40,844 nt of DNA, from the sequence record DRR723986_2456; one strand, 5' to 3'. Shown here piece by piece: positions 38,104 through 40,844 of this stretch. Below the pieces are notes generated by a model, which searched no databases, was not told the DNA's origin, and saw nothing but the letters and a program-made list of their open reading frames with translations. Made by a program: the position numbers and the translations under genes. Every line of letters starts with the position of its first letter. The stretch's first letter is position 1.

Positions 38104-39772
38104 GTATCTAGCGGCCTTGTGGCTGAGCTTTTTTGCGCTTTGCTGTAGCGGCCTCGCGCAGGCCGAGACCACAGTACGTGCCACGGTCGACCGCAATCAA
38201 GTCGCCCTGGAGGAAACCCTCAACCTCACCTTGTCAGCCGACAGCATTTTATTCAGCGGTGAGCCCGATGTAAGCGAGCTGAGCACTGATTTCCATATTC
38301 TGAACCGACAGCAGAGCAGCCGCACCAATATCGTCAACGGCAAAATCAGCAGCAGCCGCCAGTGGGACTACACGCTGGCCCCGAAGCGCGAAGGCGACCT
38401 GACCATCCCCGCCATCACCATGGGCAACAAACAAACCAAGGCCATAAGTATCCGCGTCACGCCGTCAAACAGCGCGCGACGCCAGAATACTGACAATCGC
38501 CAAGTGTGGTTAGAGGCGGATATCACACCGCGTCGCGGCTATGTTCAGCAAATGCTGGAATACAGCGTCAAGCTATACAGCTCGGTGAATTTTCTCGACG
38601 CCACCCTGGACCCTTTGGAAGTCGACAATGCGCTGGTCGAGTCACTCGGGGAGAGTCGTTACCACCAACGCGTTGATGGCCGCAACTTCCGGGTTATCGA
38701 GCGCCGCTACGCCGTTTTTCCTCAGCGCAGTGGCACATTGGAGATACCTGCGTTGACGCTGCAAGCGCGCGTGGAAAGCTACCGCCCTTCACTGTTAGAC
38801 CCAGGCCGTTTACTGGTACGTCGCAGCCCCCCCATGGAATTTGATATTCAATCCCCCCCCGCAGACTTCGACGGCGCGCTATGGCTGCCCGCGGGCAACG
38901 TAGAGATTTTTGAAGAGTGGAGCAGCGACCCCGAACAACTGCAGGTGGGCGAGTCGATTACCCGTCGCGTGGATATTCGCGCCGAGGGGCTGATGGCAGC
39001 GCAGCTACCGGCACTGCCTCGCTACGACCTGGCAGGGGCCAAGCTCTACCCTGACCAGCCAGTGCTGCAAAATAACAAAGATGAACAAATACTGGTTGGC
39101 CTGCGCAGCGAATCCACAGCGATGATCGCCAACGAAGCCGGGCGCTACACCCTGCCCGAAATAAAGCTTGCCTGGTGGAACACGCGCACTAACCGCGCCG
39201 AGCTTGCGGTATTACCCGCCCGGGAGTTAGTTGTAAGCCCCGCACCGGGCGCGTCCGGCGATGAGGCCATCGAAACCGCAGCGTCGCATGCTGCGCCCTC
39301 GGCAACCCCGCTCAGTGGCCCGGCAACCAGCGCACACACGGCACTGACACCCTACCGGATAATTATTGCCCTATTAATTTGCACCAATCTACTTTGCCTG
39401 TGGGCGCTGCTCCGTCGTCGTGATCGCACAGAGCCTCCTCTCCGGGATGTTGAGAAGAAGAATGACCAACACGAAAAGGCGGCTTACCAAAGGCTGAAAA
39501 AGGCCTGCAAACAGCGCGATGCCCGCGCCGCGAGAGCGGCGTTACAAGACTGGGCCTCTCACCAGCAGGACGGCTATCGCAGTTTAGCGGAGCTCGTCGC
39601 CCACGAACCCACCTTTGCCACTCACGTTGACAATATCAACGCCGAACTTTATCGCGCCGCCGAGCCCTGTGTGGATTACGCCGCGTTGCTACAGACCGCA
39701 GCGACCTACAGAAAGCAGCAGGCCGAGAGTCCCGCCAAACCGGCCCTCGCGCCGCTGTACAAGAGCCTATGA
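38090..39772 (+). CDS. batD: BatD family protein
   Basis: Signal peptide, 'VRATVDRNQV', 'ERRYAVFPQRSGTLEIP', 'WLPA', 'KLYPDQP', C-terminal TM and 'LAPLY'; start moved to ATG 38090 after GGAGG. Confidence 0.9.
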   Translation: MPRIKYLAALWLSFFALCCSGLAQAETTVRATVDRNQVALEETLNLTLSADSILFSGEPDVSELSTDFHILNRQQSSRTNIVNGKISSSRQWDYTLAPKREGDLTIPAITMGNKQTKAISIRVTPSNSARRQNTDNRQVWLEADITPRRGYVQQMLEYSVKLYSSVNFLDATLDPLEVDNALVESLGESRYHQRVDGRNFRVIERRYAVFPQRSGTLEIPALTLQARVESYRPSLLDPGRLLVRRSPPMEFDIQSPPADFDGALWLPAGNVEIFEEWSSDPEQLQVGESITRRVDIRAEGLMAAQLPALPRYDLAGAKLYPDQPVLQNNKDEQILVGLRSESTAMIANEAGRYTLPEIKLAWWNTRTNRAELAVLPARELVVSPAPGASGDEAIETAASHAAPSATPLSGPATSAHTALTPYRIIIALLICTNLLCLWALLRRRDRTEPPLRDVEKKNDQHEKAAYQRLKKACKQRDARAARAALQDWASHQQDGYRSLAELVAHEPTFATHVDNINAELYRAAEPCVDYAALLQTAATYRKQQAESPAKPALAPLYKSL

Positions 39773-39779
39773 GCACTAC

Positions 39780-40685
39780 TTATGTTTTGGCATCATCGCG
39801 GCCGCCGACAACCATCACACCGCCAAGAATCACCAGCGCAATGCCAATCAGTGTGAGCGTATCTGGCAGCAGGCCCCAGATCAGCCAATCCAGCAGCCCG
39901 CCAAAGACCACCGCAAAATAACTGGTCGGCGCGAGCACCGATGCCGAGGCATAGCGATAAGCCCAGGTGTACAGCAGAAAGCACAAATAGATCACCACCC
40001 CCATATACAGCAACCAAGGGTAGGCCGAGAGATGCACGTCGCCGCCCTGCCAGAGAAAAAACGGCACGCTGACCATCAGGGACACGGCAAAGTAATAGAA
40101 CAAGATCCGATTTGCGGGTTCAGTGGACGCCAACATACGCGTGGTAATCATAGAAATAGCCAGGCCCAAGCCCGAGCCCAGCGCAACCAAATGCCAGATA
40201 CTCAACTCCGCAAAGCCCGGCCGCAGCACCAACACCACCCCGGCAAAACCCAGCAGTAAGGGTGGCAAGCTGCGACGGCTCACCGGCTCTCGCAACGCCA
40301 AAAATATTAACAGGGGCACCATCAATGGTGCGCTGTTGCGCAGCAGCGTGGCTTCTAACAGTGAGATTTTACTGAGCGCGAAAAAGTAGAAGTAGAAGCA
40401 TGCAACCCCACTTAACCCCCTCAAAAAATGCATGGGCAGGCGCTCACTACGCAAGCTGGCAACGCCGCCGCGCGCAACACTGGGCAGGGTAAAAACAAAG
40501 GATATGCTGTATTGGGCAACGATCATTGCCGATACCGGCACCTGCATTCCCGACAAATGTTTACCGACCGCGGCAACGGTCGCCGACAGGAAAACAGTGA
40601 GCAGGGACAAGCCAACGCCAATGGCTAAGCGCCGCCTGTCTTGTGAAAATCGAAAAGGAAAACCTGCCACAACACCGCCCAACAT
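39780..40685 (-). CDS. DMT (EamA-like) family transporter
   Basis: About 10 TM segments in two repeats; 'HFLRG', 'APL', 'LREPV', 'GFAGVVLVLRPG', 'LAPTSY'. Confidence 0.9.
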   Translation of the reverse strand: MLGGVVAGFPFRFSQDRRRLAIGVGLSLLTVFLSATVAAVGKHLSGMQVPVSAMIVAQYSISFVFTLPSVARGGVASLRSERLPMHFLRGLSGVACFYFYFFALSKISLLEATLLRNSAPLMVPLLIFLALREPVSRRSLPPLLLGFAGVVLVLRPGFAELSIWHLVALGSGLGLAISMITTRMLASTEPANRILFYYFAVSLMVSVPFFLWQGGDVHLSAYPWLLYMGVVIYLCFLLYTWAYRYASASVLAPTSYFAVVFGGLLDWLIWGLLPDTLTLIGIALVILGGVMVVGGRDDAKT

Positions 40686-40789
40686 ACCGATAATAGGACT
40701 GCGCTGTGGCGCAGCCGCCGAACACTATAAATAGCGCTGGCGACCTTTACCAGAAAAGAGGAGTGGGCGGCGCTATTGCCGCCACGAAT

Positions 40790-40843
40790 TTAGTGGCCGC
40801 ACTTACCTTCGCCACACTTGCCTTCGTCACGGGCTTTGTTGCC
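40790..40843 (-). CDS. C-terminal end of an EGKCG-repeat low-complexity peptide (HvfA-like RiPP precursor); 5' part outside the window
   Basis: Own translation of the minus strand: GNKARDEGKCGEGKCGH-stop (TAA at 40790-40792); absent from the ORF track. Confidence 0.8.
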   Translation of the reverse strand, partial: GNKARDEGKCGEGKCGH

Positions 40844-40844
40844 G

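Noticed and set aside
32776-39772. MoxR-DUF58-DUF4381-VWA-TPR-BatD operon as a novel system
   Set aside because: Widespread, already described gene arrangement with canonical order here.

Overview
Gene-dense chromosomal segment of moderately high GC from what looks like a marine, lipid/hydrocarbon-using gammaproteobacterium (Cellvibrionales-like gene content; this is inference). About 36 CDS; no rRNA, tRNA, CRISPR array, integrase or transposase recognised. In order: a 5'-truncated GEVED/LruC-domain protein and a poly-Gly lipoprotein; TonB-dependent receptor, SDR, alpha/beta hydrolase and mmsA; a FabR-like TetR regulator divergent from alkB plus a second TonB-dependent receptor; a three-gene GltD-like flavoprotein/2-oxoacid:acceptor oxidoreductase operon; PhnA/YjdM, bactofilin and M23 peptidase; an HDAC-family deacetylase; two tandem, very acidic Gly/Leu-rich lipoprotein paralogues of unknown function; thioesterase, small membrane proteins, Atm1-type ABC exporter, WS/DGAT, Ycf46-like AAA ATPase, GT-A-like protein, RlmA-like methyltransferase; a complete MoxR-DUF58-DUF4381-Bat operon; a DMT transporter; and at the right edge the C-terminus of an EGKCG-repeat (HvfA-like) peptide missed by the ORF track. 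Best leads: the lipoprotein pair with shared upstream motifs, an 18/20-nt antisense copy of the phnA ribosome-binding region downstream of phnA, the TetR-alkB-TBDR unit with readable operators, a perfect 18-bp inverted repeat, and the EGKCG peptide with no MNIO gene directly downstream. All family calls come from motif recognition by eye; no database search was run.
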